DNA of 64,000 bases from an uncultured Burkholderiales bacterium (GCA_903916355.1 CAIWWN010000270.1:6127-70126), one strand, 5' to 3'; shown: positions 44,917 to 56,199, counted from the first letter of the stretch. The notes: generated by a model from the letters alone, not told the origin. Numbers and translations are program-made.

Positions 44917-45685
44917 GGGCACCTTCCAGCTCGTTCTCGGCCGTGCCCATGTAGGCTTCGAGCACTTGGGGGTTTTGTGAGACCACTTCGTAAGGGCCTT
45001 CGGCAATGACTTGACCGCGCTGCAACACGCTGATGGTGTCGGCAATGCGCGAGACCACGCTCATGTTGTGCTCCACCATCAAGATCGTGCGGTTGGCGCC
45101 CACCTTCTTAATCAATTGGGTGACGCGGTCTACGTCCTCGTGGCCCATGCCCTGGGTCGGCTCGTCCAGCAACATCAACTCAGGGTTCATGGCCAAGGTG
45201 GTGGCGATTTCCAGCGCGCGTTTGCGCCCATAGGGCAATTCCACGGCGGTCAAATCGGCCATGCTGCCCAGGTCCACCTCGTCGAGCAGGCTCATGGCTT
45301 TGTCGTTGAGCTTGTTCAGGATGCTTTCGGAGCGCCAAAAATGCATGGAGGTGCCGGTGCTGCGTTGCAAGGCGATGCGCACGTTTTCCAGCACTGTGAG
45401 GTTGGGAAAGGTGGCAGAGATCTGGAAAGAGCGCACCAGACCCCGCCGAGCCACTTGGGCCGGCTTTTCGGCCGTGATGTCCTGGCCATTGAACAGAATT
45501 TGACCGCGCGTCGGGATCAAAAATTTGGTCAACAGATTGAAGACCGTGGTTTTACCCGCGCCGTTGGGGCCAATCAAGGCGTGAATTTGGCCGCGCTGAA
45601 CGTTCAGGTTCACGCCATTGACGGCAACAAAACCTTTGAACTCTTTGACCAGTCCCTGGGTTTTTAAAATGAAATCTTCAGACAT
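44909..45685 (-). CDS. livG: ABC transporter ATP-binding protein (LivG type)
   Basis: GPNGAGKTT, LPYGRKRALE, LMLLDEP. Confidence 0.85.
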   Translation of the reverse strand: MSEDFILKTQGLVKEFKGFVAVNGVNLNVQRGQIHALIGPNGAGKTTVFNLLTKFLIPTRGQILFNGQDITAEKPAQVARRGLVRSFQISATFPNLTVLENVRIALQRSTGTSMHFWRSESILNKLNDKAMSLLDEVDLGSMADLTAVELPYGRKRALEIATTLAMNPELMLLDEPTQGMGHEDVDRVTQLIKKVGANRTILMVEHNMSVVSRIADTISVLQRGQVIAEGPYEVVSQNPQVLEAYMGTAENELEGAHG

Positions 45686-45825
45686 GAGGCAAGGCACCAG
45701 ATCCAGTTGAAAACGCCGCAAAATTGCCAAGGCAAATGCGTGCACCATTCTCAGGTCTGTCAGAGTCGAAATCCGTTATGGTTATCCCGGGTTTTGTCCC
45801 TCAAGTGTATGAAATACGGCGGGTT

Positions 45826-46608
45826 TCAGCTCAAAACCATGCCGCCATCGACATGGATCGATTGCCCCGTCATGCCGCTGGACTCGCTCGAGCCCAAATA
45901 CACCGCCAAACCCGCAATTTCGCTGGGTTCGAGCACGCGGCCCAAAGGCACTCGGGTCAAGGCGGCTTTCACCATGTCTTCGGGCGTCACGCCCGTGGTT
46001 TGGGCCACTTGTGTTTTCAGGGCTTCCACCATGTCGGTCTGGATGAAGCCTGGGCAAATCGCATTCACCGTCACCGCATAAGGGCTGGCCTCCAAAGCCA
46101 CGCAGCGGGTCAAGCCCACCACGGCATGTTTGCTCACGTTGTAGGCGCTTTGGTTGCGCGAGCCCCATTTGCCCGCAGTCGACGCCATGTTGACGATGCG
46201 GCCATAACGGCGCGCCTGCATGCCCGGCAGACAAGCTTGCGTGAAGTGCAGCACACCAAACAGGTTCACGTCGAGCATGTCTTGAAAGTCTTGCGCGGTG
46301 AAGTCTAAAAACGACTTGGAGCGGTACACCCCGGCGTTGTTCACCAAAACGTCTACCCGCCCAAAGCGCTGCTCGACTTGCGCCACGGCATCAAAGCAAG
46401 CCGCACGGTCCGTCACGTTCACGCCCAAGGTCATGATGCGCTCGGCAGGCAAGCCCAGGCTGTCCTGGACCTCTTGCAAGCGGACCTTGTCGGTGGCAAT
46501 CAGGCACAGGGTGGCGCCTTCGGCCGCATAGGCTTGGGCGATGGCCAGGCCGATGCCGCGGCTGGCCCCGGTGATGATGGCGACTTGCTTGTCGAGGCGA
46601 TGGCTCAT
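45826..46608 (-). CDS. SDR family oxidoreductase
   Basis: ITGASRGIGLA, NNAG, YNVSKHA. Confidence 0.8.
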   Translation of the reverse strand: MSHRLDKQVAIITGASRGIGLAIAQAYAAEGATLCLIATDKVRLQEVQDSLGLPAERIMTLGVNVTDRAACFDAVAQVEQRFGRVDVLVNNAGVYRSKSFLDFTAQDFQDMLDVNLFGVLHFTQACLPGMQARRYGRIVNMASTAGKWGSRNQSAYNVSKHAVVGLTRCVALEASPYAVTVNAICPGFIQTDMVEALKTQVAQTTGVTPEDMVKAALTRVPLGRVLEPSEIAGLAVYLGSSESSGMTGQSIHVDGGMVLS

Positions 46609-46624
46609 GGGGAATCCTTGTCGG

Positions 46625-47602
46625 TTAAATCAGGGAGGCGCTGCGGCTGCGACCCGAAGGGCCGGAGGCCTGCGGGCTGCTCGGGTCTTTGGCCGTGGCT
46701 TTGCGCAACACTTCCCAATACCCCCGCGCCAATTCCATGCGCGGCGCAAAGCCTTGTTCGATCAGCATCTGGTGCGCGGCGGGCAACTTCCAGCAGGGGG
46801 TGTAAACAAACAAATGGTGTTCCAGGTGGTAGTTGACCCAGTAAGGCGCCAGCACCATGCGCATGAGGCCGTTCGTCAACGTCGTGCGGGTGTTGCGCAA
46901 GCGGTCGTTGTTGTCGCCCACCACCGCATGCTCGGCAATGTTGCGCACTCGGCTGATCACTTGGTACCAGGTCATCAGCGGCAGCAGCCACAGCACAAAA
47001 TAAGCCCACCACACGCCAGCCACCGACAAGATCAGCAGCAAGGTGGCGTTGCTGGCGATGAAGTACTTTTCATGCGCCACCAATTTGGCAAGCCGCCGGG
47101 CCAGGCTCGCGTCCTTGCCCATGGTGAATTTGAACTGCTCCAGGCGCCGCTGGTAGCCGGTCACGCCCAAAATGTCGCGCCACATCTTGCGCTTGAAACT
47201 GGTTATGGTGATCGGAAACGGGGCCGACAAAATCAAGTCAGGATCTTCGGGCTGCTGCGTGTGGCGGTGGTGGCTCAGGTGGTAAGGCCGGTACAGCGCC
47301 AAGCTGGCGCCCACTGGAAAACCGCAAAAATGGGCGCCCACAAAATCATTCAACTGGGTGTTTTTGAACAGCGCGCGGTGTGCGGCGTCGTGCATCAAAA
47401 TCGCCAAGCCCAGTTGACGCCCACCGATCAGGGCGATGGCCGCCACAAACGTCAGGGGATTCGGCCAGGCCACAAACAAGGCCATCGACAAGCCAATCAC
47501 CACCCAAGCGTGCAGCACCAAGTAAAAACCCATGGCGTTGGAACGCCCGCGCAAGAAGGTCTCTTGCGCAGCGGTGAGCATGGGTTGTTTGGGCGTGACC
47601 AT
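46625..47602 (-). CDS. Membrane fatty-acid desaturase family protein
   Basis: His boxes HDAAH, HHRHT and EHHLF. Start 47602 (alternatives 47581, 47680). Confidence 0.75.
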   Translation of the reverse strand: MVTPKQPMLTAAQETFLRGRSNAMGFYLVLHAWVVIGLSMALFVAWPNPLTFVAAIALIGGRQLGLAILMHDAAHRALFKNTQLNDFVGAHFCGFPVGASLALYRPYHLSHHRHTQQPEDPDLILSAPFPITITSFKRKMWRDILGVTGYQRRLEQFKFTMGKDASLARRLAKLVAHEKYFIASNATLLLILSVAGVWWAYFVLWLLPLMTWYQVISRVRNIAEHAVVGDNNDRLRNTRTTLTNGLMRMVLAPYWVNYHLEHHLFVYTPCWKLPAAHQMLIEQGFAPRMELARGYWEVLRKATAKDPSSPQASGPSGRSRSASLI

Positions 47603-47743
47603 GGGAGCGAAAAATGGGTGTGATGCGTGTGCAGTGATCAGCTTTGTATCTTGGGCGCAAACTCTTTGCCCTTCAGTCACTGACGTGACCGGCGATGGGT
47701 GTTAAATCAAGTCCGTTGACATTAATTTCTGAAGAAGCTGGAC

Positions 47744-48439
47744 ATGAAAACCATTGGACTTATAGGTGGAATGAGTTGGGAGTCTACGGTTCCCTACTAC
47801 CGTCAGATCAACGAACGCATCAAGGAGCGACTTGGCGGCCTTCACTCCGCACGAATCATTCTTTACAGCGTTGACTTTTATGACATTGAACGACTGCAAC
47901 ACGCGGGCGATTGGGAAGCCGCGGGGGCCCTGTTGGCTCAAGCTGCGCATTCATTGGAAATTGCGGGGGCAGACTTCTTGGTGTTGTGCACGAACACGAT
48001 GCACAAAGTTGCCGCTGCGATTGAGCGTTCAACCTCCATACCGTTGCTTCACATCGCGAGCCCAACCGCCAGGCAAATCGTGAATGCTGGTCATCAAACG
48101 GTGGGTCTTCTTGGCACACGCTTCACCATGGAGCAAAGCTTCTATCGTGAAAAACTGGCGCAACAAGGACTGGAGGTGATCATCCCCACAGCGGCGGAAA
48201 GGGCCGTGGTTCACAGAGTGATTTATGAAGAGCTGTGTTTGGGCCAGGTGTTGCCCGCTTCCAAGGTGGCGTATCTGCAAATTATTGAAAACTTGGTTCG
48301 CCGCGGGGCGAAGGCCATCGTTCTCGGGTGCACAGAGATTTCGATGCTGATCCATCCATCAGATTGCGTGATCCCGCTTTACGACACTACAGCGATTCAT
48401 GCCTTGGCCGCCGCTGATCAGGCCTTGGCGCAAGCGTAG
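47744..48439 (+). CDS. Aspartate/glutamate racemase family protein (YgeA-like)
   Basis: IGLIGGMSWEST...LVLCTNTMH...VLGCTEI (two catalytic Cys motifs). Confidence 0.8.
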   Translation: MKTIGLIGGMSWESTVPYYRQINERIKERLGGLHSARIILYSVDFYDIERLQHAGDWEAAGALLAQAAHSLEIAGADFLVLCTNTMHKVAAAIERSTSIPLLHIASPTARQIVNAGHQTVGLLGTRFTMEQSFYREKLAQQGLEVIIPTAAERAVVHRVIYEELCLGQVLPASKVAYLQIIENLVRRGAKAIVLGCTEISMLIHPSDCVIPLYDTTAIHALAAADQALAQA

Positions 48440-48466
48440 TTTCCACAAAAGTGGAAGTGATAAGCC

Positions 48467-50251
48467 TCAGGCGTTGAACTGCAATGCCGCCAAGCCGGCG
48501 TAAACGCCGCCCTGCGCCACCAGCTGCGCATGCGTGCCTTGCTCCACCACCTGGCCATGGTCGAGCACGACGATCAGGTCGGCTTTTTGCACGGTGGCCA
48601 AGCGGTGCGCGACCACCAAGGTGGTGCGGTTTTGCATGGCCGATTCGAGTGCGGCTTGCACCATGCGCTCGCTTTGCGCGTCCAGCGCGCTGGTGGCTTC
48701 GTCCAGCAGCAAGAGCGGCGGGTTTTTCAGCATGGCCCGGGCACTCGCAATGCGTTGGCGCTGGCCGCCCGACAAGCGCACGCCGCGTTCGCCCAAAAAA
48801 GTGTCGTAGCCCTCAGGCAGCTGGGCAATGAACTCATCGGCAAACGCCGCTACCGCGGCGGCGTGCACTTCATCGTTGCTGGCCTGGGGTTTGCCGTAAC
48901 GGATGTTCTCCAGTGCACTGGTCGAGAAGATCACGGGCTCCTGCGGCACGATGCCGATCTGATTGCGCAGATCGTCCAGGCTGATCGCGTCGATGGCCGT
49001 GCCGTTGAGTGTGATGCGGCCGGACTGCGGGTCGTAAAAGCGCAGCAGCAAACCAAACACCGTGCTTTTGCCCGCGCCACTCGGCCCGACTATCGCCACA
49101 GTCTGGCCGGGTTCAACGCGCAGACTCACATGGTTCAAAGCCGCTTGCGCCGGTCGCGAGGGGTAATGGAACAGCACATCGTCCAGTACCAAAGCGCTGC
49201 CTTTGCCGCCCTGCGGTAAGGCCACAGGATGCGACGGTGACTGCACCGGCGAGACGCTGGCCAGCAACTCCATCAAGCGCTCGGTGGCGCCTGCGGCGCG
49301 CAGCAAGTCGCCATAGACCTCGCCCAGCACCGCCACCGCGCCGGCAAAAATCACCACATACAAAGCGGCCTGGCCGAGTTGGCCGGCGGTCAAATCGCCA
49401 GCGATCACCGCTTGCGTGCCTTGGTACAAGCCCCAGAGCATCAGCGCTGCATTGGCGATGATGATGAAGGCCACCAAGATGGAGCGCGCCCGGGTGCGGC
49501 GCACGGCGGTTTGAAAGCCTTGTTCGGTGGAGTCGGCAAAACGGTTGGCTTCACGCGTCTGGGCGTTGTAGCTTTGCACAATCGGAATTGCATTCAGTAC
49601 CTCGCTGGCAATGGTGCTTGAATCGGCCACCCGGTCTTGGCTGGCGCGCGACAAGCGGCGCACACGGCGCCCGTACCAAGTGGCGGGGAGCACCACCAGC
49701 ACCACCGTCAAAATCACTTGCAGCATCACCGTCGGGTGCGACCACACCAAAACCGAGAGCGCGCCCAGGCCCATGACCGCATTGCGCAGCCCCATGGACA
49801 GCGACGAACCCACCACGGTTTGTACCAAGGTGGTGTCGGCGATCAGGCGGCTGGTGACTTCGCCGGTGGAGGTGGTTTCGAAAAACGCCGGGCTTTGCTG
49901 CAGCACATGGCGGTACACCGCATTGCGCAAATCGGCGGTGACGCGCTCGCCCAGCCAGCTGACCGTGAAGAAGCGAGCGGCTGAAAAAACACCCAAAGCC
50001 ACGGCCACGCCAAACAGCAACAAGAAGTTGCCACGCATGGCCATCACCTGTTCGCTGCGATCGCCCGGCGCAAAGCCGCTGTCAATCAGGTGCCGGATGG
50101 CCCACGGAAACAACAAGGTGGTGGCCGCAGCCAGCACCAGCAACACCAGCGCCATACCGATTTGCCAGCGGTAGGGCTTTAAAAAGGGCAGCAGACCCGA
50201 AAGCGACTGGGGGTTGCTGGCGGCAGGGCGATCGGGTTTGATGGTGGCCAT
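48467..50251 (-). CDS. ABC transporter fused permease/ATPase (MsbA/MdlB-like exporter)
   Basis: 6-TM N-domain, then GPSGAGKST, LSGGQRQRIA, LLLLDEATSALD. Confidence 0.85.
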   Translation of the reverse strand: MATIKPDRPAASNPQSLSGLLPFLKPYRWQIGMALVLLVLAAATTLLFPWAIRHLIDSGFAPGDRSEQVMAMRGNFLLLFGVAVALGVFSAARFFTVSWLGERVTADLRNAVYRHVLQQSPAFFETTSTGEVTSRLIADTTLVQTVVGSSLSMGLRNAVMGLGALSVLVWSHPTVMLQVILTVVLVVLPATWYGRRVRRLSRASQDRVADSSTIASEVLNAIPIVQSYNAQTREANRFADSTEQGFQTAVRRTRARSILVAFIIIANAALMLWGLYQGTQAVIAGDLTAGQLGQAALYVVIFAGAVAVLGEVYGDLLRAAGATERLMELLASVSPVQSPSHPVALPQGGKGSALVLDDVLFHYPSRPAQAALNHVSLRVEPGQTVAIVGPSGAGKSTVFGLLLRFYDPQSGRITLNGTAIDAISLDDLRNQIGIVPQEPVIFSTSALENIRYGKPQASNDEVHAAAVAAFADEFIAQLPEGYDTFLGERGVRLSGGQRQRIASARAMLKNPPLLLLDEATSALDAQSERMVQAALESAMQNRTTLVVAHRLATVQKADLIVVLDHGQVVEQGTHAQLVAQGGVYAGLAALQFNA

Positions 50252-50256
50252 GGTGC

Positions 50257-51678
50257 TTATTTACCGATGCAAAAACTGGAAAAAATAACGCCCAGCAAAT
50301 CGTCTGAAGTGAATTCACCGGTGATGGCGTTCAGCGCGTTTTGCGCCAATCGCAACTCTTCGGCCAGCAAGTCCAGCGACTGGGCCTGGGCTTGCAACAG
50401 AGCTTGCGCCATGTCGACATGCGTATGCACTTCGCGCAGGGCATGGACATGGCGCGCACGGGCAATGTACAGGCCTTCGCTGGCCTGCTGCCAACCGGCC
50501 ACTTGCAGCAGTTGCTGGCGCAAAGTCGCCAGGCCTTCGCCGGTTTTGGCTGACAGGGCAATGCCTTGAGCGTCCTTGGGTGCGGCCCACTGACGAGGAA
50601 CGTCGCACTTGTTCCACACATGAATGACTTGCACGCTGGCGGGCAGTTTGGTGGCCAAGGTTTGGCTGATGTCGGCGTCGGCTGCGGCGTAGTCGCTCTC
50701 CTGCGCGCGCGTCAGGTCGTGCAAAAACAGCACGGCGTCGGCGGCTTCGATTTGGTCCCAAGCGCGTGCAATGCCAATTTTCTCGACCTCGCCCACATCC
50801 GGGCTGTCGCGCAGGCCGGCGGTGTCGATCACATGCAAGGGCACGCCTTCGATTTGAATGGTTTGCTGCACCACGTCGCGCGTGGTGCCGGCAATCGGCG
50901 TGACGATGGCCAGCTCGGCCCCCGCCAAAGCGTTCAGCAGCGAGCTCTTGCCGGCGTTGGGTTGCCCGGCAATCACCACCTTGATGCCTTCGCGCAGCAG
51001 TGCGCCTTGCTGTGTGCGCTGCATCACCGTGCCCAATTGGTTTTGCAGCCGATTCAACTGTCCCTGCGCGTCGGCCTTTTGCAGGAAGTCGATTTCTTCT
51101 TCCGGAAAGTCCAGCGTGGCTTCCACCAGCATGCGCAAATGAATCAAGGCATCGCGCAGCAGATCGATGTCGCGCGAAAAATCACCGGCCAAAGAGCGGC
51201 TGGCGCTGCGCGCTGCGGCGCTGGTGGAGGCGTCGATCAAATCTGCAATTGCTTCGGCCTGGGCCAGATCGATCTTGTCGTTCAAAAAAGCACGCTGCGT
51301 GAACTCGCCCGGTTGCGCCACCCGCAGGCCGGGCAAGCGGGCTTGGCCGGTGGCCGCGTCCACTTGCGCGGCCGCTTGCAGACAGCGCGCGAGCAGCAAT
51401 TGCAACACCACCGGACCGCCGTGCGCTTGCAGTTCCAACACGTCTTCGCCGGTGTACGAATGTGGCCCCGGGAAATACAAGGCCAGCCCTTGGTCAATGG
51501 CCGTGCCGTCGGCATCTTGAAACGGCAAGTAGGCCGCTTGGCGCGGCCGCAAGGCTTTGCCGCACAGGGCTTGAATCAAGGCGCCCAGGCCGCGCCCAGA
51601 AACGCGCACGATGCCGACCGCGCCGCGCCCGGCGGCGGTGGCAATGGCCACAATGGGTTCCTGGTGTCTGGCGAGCAT
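50257..51678 (-). CDS. mnmE: tRNA modification GTPase MnmE
   Basis: [20 protein letters not shown]..., [19 protein letters not shown]-terminal FCIGK. The start at 51678 (MLARHQEP) is 114 codons downstream of the start in the track ORF. Confidence 0.9.
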   Translation of the reverse strand: MLARHQEPIVAIATAAGRGAVGIVRVSGRGLGALIQALCGKALRPRQAAYLPFQDADGTAIDQGLALYFPGPHSYTGEDVLELQAHGGPVVLQLLLARCLQAAAQVDAATGQARLPGLRVAQPGEFTQRAFLNDKIDLAQAEAIADLIDASTSAAARSASRSLAGDFSRDIDLLRDALIHLRMLVEATLDFPEEEIDFLQKADAQGQLNRLQNQLGTVMQRTQQGALLREGIKVVIAGQPNAGKSSLLNALAGAELAIVTPIAGTTRDVVQQTIQIEGVPLHVIDTAGLRDSPDVGEVEKIGIARAWDQIEAADAVLFLHDLTRAQESDYAAADADISQTLATKLPASVQVIHVWNKCDVPRQWAAPKDAQGIALSAKTGEGLATLRQQLLQVAGWQQASEGLYIARARHVHALREVHTHVDMAQALLQAQAQSLDLLAEELRLAQNALNAITGEFTSDDLLGVIFSSFCIGK

Positions 51679-51697
51679 GGCGTGTGGAAGGGTGAGC

Positions 51698-51721
51698 AAA
51701 AAAAGGCCGCTTGCGCGGCCT
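51698..51721 (-). terminator. Rho-independent terminator between yidC and mnmE
   Basis: Minus-sense AGGCCGC gcaa GCGGCCT UUUUUUU. Confidence 0.7.
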
Positions 51722-51728
51722 GTTTCAG

Positions 51729-53438
51729 TTACTTGAACTTGGGTAAATTGAACTGGGGCGGCACACCCATTCGGGTATTGATGACCCACTGCTGCGCAAT
51801 CGACAAGATGTTGTTGGTGATCCAGTACAGCACCAGACCCGCAGGGAAGAAGAAGAACATCACGCTGAACATCAGCGGCATGATCCACATCATCTTGGCT
51901 TGCATCGGGTCTGGCGGCGCGGGGTTCAGCGCCGTTTGCAGCATGGTGGACAGGGTCATCACGACGGGCAAGATGAAGTACGGATCGGGCGCCGACAGGT
52001 CGTGAATCCAGCCCACCCAAGGGGCGTTGCGCATTTCAACCGTGGACAACAGCACCCAGTACAAGGCGATGAACACCGGGATCTGGATCATGATCGGGAA
52101 GCAGCCCCCCATGGGGTTGACCTTCTCTTCGCGGTAGATCTTCATCATCTCTTGCTGCATTTGCTGTGGGCTGTCTTTCAAGCGCTCACGCATGTCCATG
52201 ATGCGGGGGTTGATGGACTTCATTTTGGCCATGCTGGCGTAAGCCTTGGCATTGAGCCAGTAGAACGCGATTTTGAGCAGCAGCACCAAGGCCATGATCG
52301 ACCAGCCCCAGTTGTTGAGGATGCCAAACAGTTTGTCGAGCAACCAGAACAAAGGCTTGGCCAAGATGGCCAGCCAGCCATAGTCTTTGACCAGGTCCAA
52401 GCCCGTGGCCAAGGCTTCGAGCTGTTTCTCTTCTTGCGGGCCTGCCAACAAGGTGGCTTCAATCGACTTGGATTTTCCAGGGGCCACATCGGCTATCGGT
52501 GTGATCATGCCCACGGCATACAAATTGGTGTCAACTTTTCGGATGAAGTTTTCCCGCGCCACGCCATCGGCCAGCAACCAGGCGGAAACAAAGTAATGCT
52601 GCACCATGGCGACATAACCTTTGTCTGAGGTCTTGTCGATATCGATTTTATTTTTTTCGATGTCGCTGAACTCGACCTTGTGGTATTTTTTGGCTTCGGT
52701 GTAAATGGCCGGGCCCGTGAAGGTGGAGTAGAAAGAAGACTCGCCTGCAGGCTTGTTGCCGTCACGTACCAATTGCACATACAACTGCGGCGAGACTGCG
52801 GTCGCGCCGGTGTTGGTGACTTCGTGCTTGACTTGGATGGCGTAGCTGCCGCGTTGCAACGTATAGGTTTTGACCAACTTCAGGCCGCCGATGTCTGCGG
52901 ATTCAAAGCGCACGGTCAGTTCGTTTTGACCTTCTTTCAGGGTGCGCTGGCCGCTGAAGCTCATGGGCGTTTTGTGGGTGGCATAAGCCACGCCGTTGGC
53001 GGCGCCGATCAAGCCGGTTTGAGCCACATACACGCGGTCGCGGCTTTCGTCGAGCAAGACAAAGGGCTTGCTGTGGTCGGCCATGTCGGCATGTTGACCC
53101 AGCTCGGTACGCACCAAGGAGCCGCCTTCGGTGTCGAAGGTCAACTTGAGCACGTCGGTGGCCACTTCGATGCGGTCACGCGGTGCGGCAGCTGCCGGTG
53201 CGGCGGGTGTGCCGGGCACCTGGGCGACGCCCGCAACAGCGGCAGGCGCAGAGGCGACGGGCACGCCCGAGGCGAGCGGCGTGAGCGCAGGGGCCGCACT
53301 GTCACTTGGCGACTTGGCGGTCACGGGTTGTGGGAAGAAGGTGGCTTTGTGGCCGTTGTGAATCTGCCATTGATCCCATAACAGGACCAAAGAGAAGCCA
53401 AAAACCACCCACAAAATGGTGCGACGAATATCGTTCAT
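51729..53438 (-). CDS. yidC: Membrane protein insertase YidC
   Basis: 569 aa with a large periplasmic domain and the conserved C-terminal 5-TM core ([16 protein letters not shown]). Confidence 0.92.
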   Translation of the reverse strand: MNDIRRTILWVVFGFSLVLLWDQWQIHNGHKATFFPQPVTAKSPSDSAAPALTPLASGVPVASAPAAVAGVAQVPGTPAAPAAAAPRDRIEVATDVLKLTFDTEGGSLVRTELGQHADMADHSKPFVLLDESRDRVYVAQTGLIGAANGVAYATHKTPMSFSGQRTLKEGQNELTVRFESADIGGLKLVKTYTLQRGSYAIQVKHEVTNTGATAVSPQLYVQLVRDGNKPAGESSFYSTFTGPAIYTEAKKYHKVEFSDIEKNKIDIDKTSDKGYVAMVQHYFVSAWLLADGVARENFIRKVDTNLYAVGMITPIADVAPGKSKSIEATLLAGPQEEKQLEALATGLDLVKDYGWLAILAKPLFWLLDKLFGILNNWGWSIMALVLLLKIAFYWLNAKAYASMAKMKSINPRIMDMRERLKDSPQQMQQEMMKIYREEKVNPMGGCFPIMIQIPVFIALYWVLLSTVEMRNAPWVGWIHDLSAPDPYFILPVVMTLSTMLQTALNPAPPDPMQAKMMWIMPLMFSVMFFFFPAGLVLYWITNNILSIAQQWVINTRMGVPPQFNLPKFK

Positions 53439-53707
53439 GAAGTCTTCTTCGAAGAGGGGTGAGAAAGCAAGCGAGAAAAAATGCGGGGCGCCTGTTCAGG
53501 CACGGCGTCTAAGCCGCCCGCGCACCAAGGGTGACAGCGGCCCAGGCGCGCCAAAGTCAGGTAACTGCCTGCGGCTGCGCCATGCGACTGTAACGCCTGC
53601 AAGGCGTAGATGGAGCAGGTCGGCTCGAAACGACAAGCAGAACCCAGCCAAGGGCTCAAAAAAAGGCGATAGCCCTTGACGATGGCCGCTAAGATTATTC
53701 GCATCAT
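53435..53707 (-). CDS. yidD: Membrane protein insertion efficiency factor YidD
   Basis: YRLFLSPWLGSACRFEPTCSIYALQALQSHG...CHPW. Confidence 0.9.
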   Translation of the reverse strand: MMRIILAAIVKGYRLFLSPWLGSACRFEPTCSIYALQALQSHGAAAGSYLTLARLGRCHPWCAGGLDAVPEQAPRIFSRLLSHPSSKKTS

Positions 53708-54237
53708 GACGACACCCCGGATCCGCGAACGGGGGGCGGGGTCACCGCGCGCGCAAACAATTGTTCCAGCTCGGCACGAACCGCTGCTTTGAGGGCGTCA
53801 GAGCTGGCGCTGATGAAGTGCTTGCGGTCAAACTCACTGCGCAAGCGCACCACATGCGCAGCGCGGGGCAAGGCCTCAGCAAAATGCGCTGAAACGTTGT
53901 AAATCTGCCGCTTGATGGCGTTGCGAGTGACGGCGCGACGCGCCCAGCGCTTGGGCACCATGGCACCCAGCCAGACATCGAAGACGCCAAAAAGGACCTG
54001 CTCTTTGGAAAGCTCAGGTCCATTGGGGGTGTTCGTGCCAGGAGTTGCTGTTGCCGCAGGGACCAAGTTCAATCTGTGCAACGCAAAATGCGAGGTGCGG
54101 GAAACCGTGCCGCCAGCCAAGGCCGCTTGAAATTGCGGGCGTGTTTGCAAACGCTGCATTTCAGGGTCTTGAACTGCGGGGCTTTCGAGCGTGCTGCGCA
54201 GTCGTCCAGAGAATCCGGTTGACTGAATCAGGCGCAC
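53704..54237 (-). CDS. rnpA: Ribonuclease P protein component RnpA
   Basis: Position between rpmH and yidD. KRWARRAVTRNAIKRQIY (RNR-like motif). Start uncertain (54237 or 54159). Confidence 0.8.
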   Translation of the reverse strand: MRLIQSTGFSGRLRSTLESPAVQDPEMQRLQTRPQFQAALAGGTVSRTSHFALHRLNLVPAATATPGTNTPNGPELSKEQVLFGVFDVWLGAMVPKRWARRAVTRNAIKRQIYNVSAHFAEALPRAAHVVRLRSEFDRKHFISASSDALKAAVRAELEQLFARAVTPPPVRGSGVSS

Positions 54238-54267
54238 ATCGAAAAAGCAAGCTCGCCTTGTTTGGAA

Positions 54268-54402
54268 TTAGGCGGCCAGACGCTTGCGGCCCTTGGCGCG
54301 ACGAGCGTTGATCACAGCGCGGCCACCACGGGTTTTCATGCGAACCATAAAGCCATGGGTACGGGCGCGGCGGGTTTTGGATGGTTGGTAGGTGCGTTTC
54401 AT
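54268..54402 (-). CDS. rpmH: 50S ribosomal protein L34
   Basis: Below the ORF-track length cutoff. Manual translation gives [44 protein letters not shown]. Confidence 0.95.
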   Translation of the reverse strand: MKRTYQPSKTRRARTHGFMVRMKTRGGRAVINARRAKGRKRLAA

Positions 54403-54576
54403 GGAAATTGAGTCCTCATTGGGCCCCTATTCTTTCAGGGGTAACCCGCTATTATCGCAAACTTTGAGGCGGCCGGCAAATTTTGGTCAACAGATCCTCA
54501 ATTCGCCCTGTTTTTAACACTCCCGCATGGACCGCAATCTGGTTTATGATGCCCCTTGAAAACGAGTTGGCGAGCA

Positions 54577-54585
54577 TGTGGATAA
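54577..54585 (-). promoter_or_regulatory. Perfect DnaA box (TTATCCACA on the minus strand)
   Basis: tgtggataa at 54577-54585 in the rpmH-dnaA spacer. A 7/9 box, ctgtccaca, is at 54626-54634. Confidence 0.7.
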
Positions 54586-54651
54586 ACTCTTGATAAATTC
54601 AGAATCCAGCGCCATTTGACCCCCACTGTCCACACAAAAACAAGAACACAC

Positions 54652-56052
54652 ATGAACGAGGGCTCCCTCCCCCTAGAAGCCGGCGATCCGGGACTGGCCT
54701 TATGGCAAATCTGTCTCGATGAACTCGCCCAAGAACTGCCCGAACAGCAGTTCAACACCTGGATCAAACCGCTCACCGCGCAGGTGGCGGACGACTTTTC
54801 CAAGGTCACTATTTTTGTAGGCAACCGCTTCAAGCTGGACTGGATTCGGGCGCAATATGCGGGCCGTTTCACCGCTTTACTGGAACGTTTGCAGGGCCAG
54901 AAAGTCACCGTGGAGTTAGCGCTCGCTACGCGGGAAGCCCCCGCCAGGACTGCATTCTCTATGGCCAAGGCCGCACAAGAGGCGGCGTCTGAGACGTCTG
55001 AATCTGTTGAAGACAGCCCGGTCAACGGTTTCAAAAACCGACTCAATACCGCCCTGACTTTTGACACCCTGGTGGAGGGCTCTGCCAACCGCATGGCGCG
55101 TGCTGCCGCCATGCATGTGGCCACCATGCCCGGTCACTTGTACAACCCTTTGTTTATCTACGGCGGCGTGGGTTTGGGCAAGACCCATTTGATGCATGCG
55201 GTGGGCAATAAATTGCTCGCCGACCGGCCCGATGCCAAGGTTCTCTACATCCACGCGGAACAATTTGTCTCGGATGTGGTTAAGGCCTACCAACGCAAGA
55301 CTTTTGACGAGTTCAAACACCGCTACCACTCGCTCGATTTGCTGTTGATCGACGACGTGCAATTTTTCGCCAACAAAGACCGTACACAAGAAGAATTCTT
55401 CAATGCCTTTGAGGCTTTGTTGGCCAAAAAGTCGCACATTGTGATGACCAGCGACACCTATCCCAAGGGTTTGGCCGACATCCATGAGCGCTTGGTTTCG
55501 CGCTTTGATTCAGGTTTAACGGTGGCGATCGAGCCGCCGGAGCTGGAAATGCGGGTGGCGATCTTGATCAACAAGGCGATCAGCGAAGGCAGCGTCATGC
55601 CCGAAGAAGTCGCCTTCTTTGTGGCCAAAAACGTGCGCTCCAACGTGCGTGAGCTTGAAGGGGCGCTGCGCAAAATCCTGGCGTACTCGCGTTTCAACCA
55701 AAAAGAAATTTCGATCCAACTGGCCCGCGAGGCCTTGCGCGACCTGCTGTCGATTCAAAACCGCCAGATCAGCGTCGAGAACATCCAGAAAACCGTGGCC
55801 GACTACTACAAGATCAAGGTCGCGGACATGTACAGCAAAAAGCGCCCCGCCAGCATCGCCCGGCCGCGCCAAATTGCCATGTACCTGGCCAAAGAGCTGA
55901 CGCAAAAAAGCTTGCCTGAAATCGGCGAGCTGTTTGGCGGTCGGGACCACACCACGGTGCTGCACGCGGTGCGCAAAATCAGCGCCGAGCGCCAGCAATT
56001 GACCGAACTGAACCAGCAGTTGCACGTGCTGGAGCAGACCCTCAAGGGTTAA
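54652..56052 (+). CDS. dnaA: Chromosomal replication initiator DnaA
   Basis: [46 protein letters not shown], the C-terminal DNA-binding domain [14 protein letters not shown]...[11 protein letters not shown]. Confidence 0.95.
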   Translation: MNEGSLPLEAGDPGLALWQICLDELAQELPEQQFNTWIKPLTAQVADDFSKVTIFVGNRFKLDWIRAQYAGRFTALLERLQGQKVTVELALATREAPARTAFSMAKAAQEAASETSESVEDSPVNGFKNRLNTALTFDTLVEGSANRMARAAAMHVATMPGHLYNPLFIYGGVGLGKTHLMHAVGNKLLADRPDAKVLYIHAEQFVSDVVKAYQRKTFDEFKHRYHSLDLLLIDDVQFFANKDRTQEEFFNAFEALLAKKSHIVMTSDTYPKGLADIHERLVSRFDSGLTVAIEPPELEMRVAILINKAISEGSVMPEEVAFFVAKNVRSNVRELEGALRKILAYSRFNQKEISIQLAREALRDLLSIQNRQISVENIQKTVADYYKIKVADMYSKKRPASIARPRQIAMYLAKELTQKSLPEIGELFGGRDHTTVLHAVRKISAERQQLTELNQQLHVLEQTLKG

Positions 56053-56199
56053 CCATGGCCCAGTCGCCCGCTTGCCCCCTCTTTAAGCTGGAAATACCTG
56101 CTTTACAGCTGATAAATGGCGCTAAAAACGGCGAAAATGGCAGGAGATTTTTTTCTGCCGGGCACGCCCGGCCAAGACCGTACTACCACCGAGGTTGAC

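Noticed and set aside
45700-45760. Sigma-54-like TGGTGC-acgca-TTTGC upstream of livG (minus strand)
   Set aside because: The GG-to-GC spacing is 13 nt instead of the strictly conserved 12, so it is probably fortuitous.
56053-56199. dnaA-dnaN spacer as oriC
   Set aside because: It has no DnaA-box matches and no AT-rich unwinding element, only a short GC hairpin (GCCGGGC-acg-CCCGGC).
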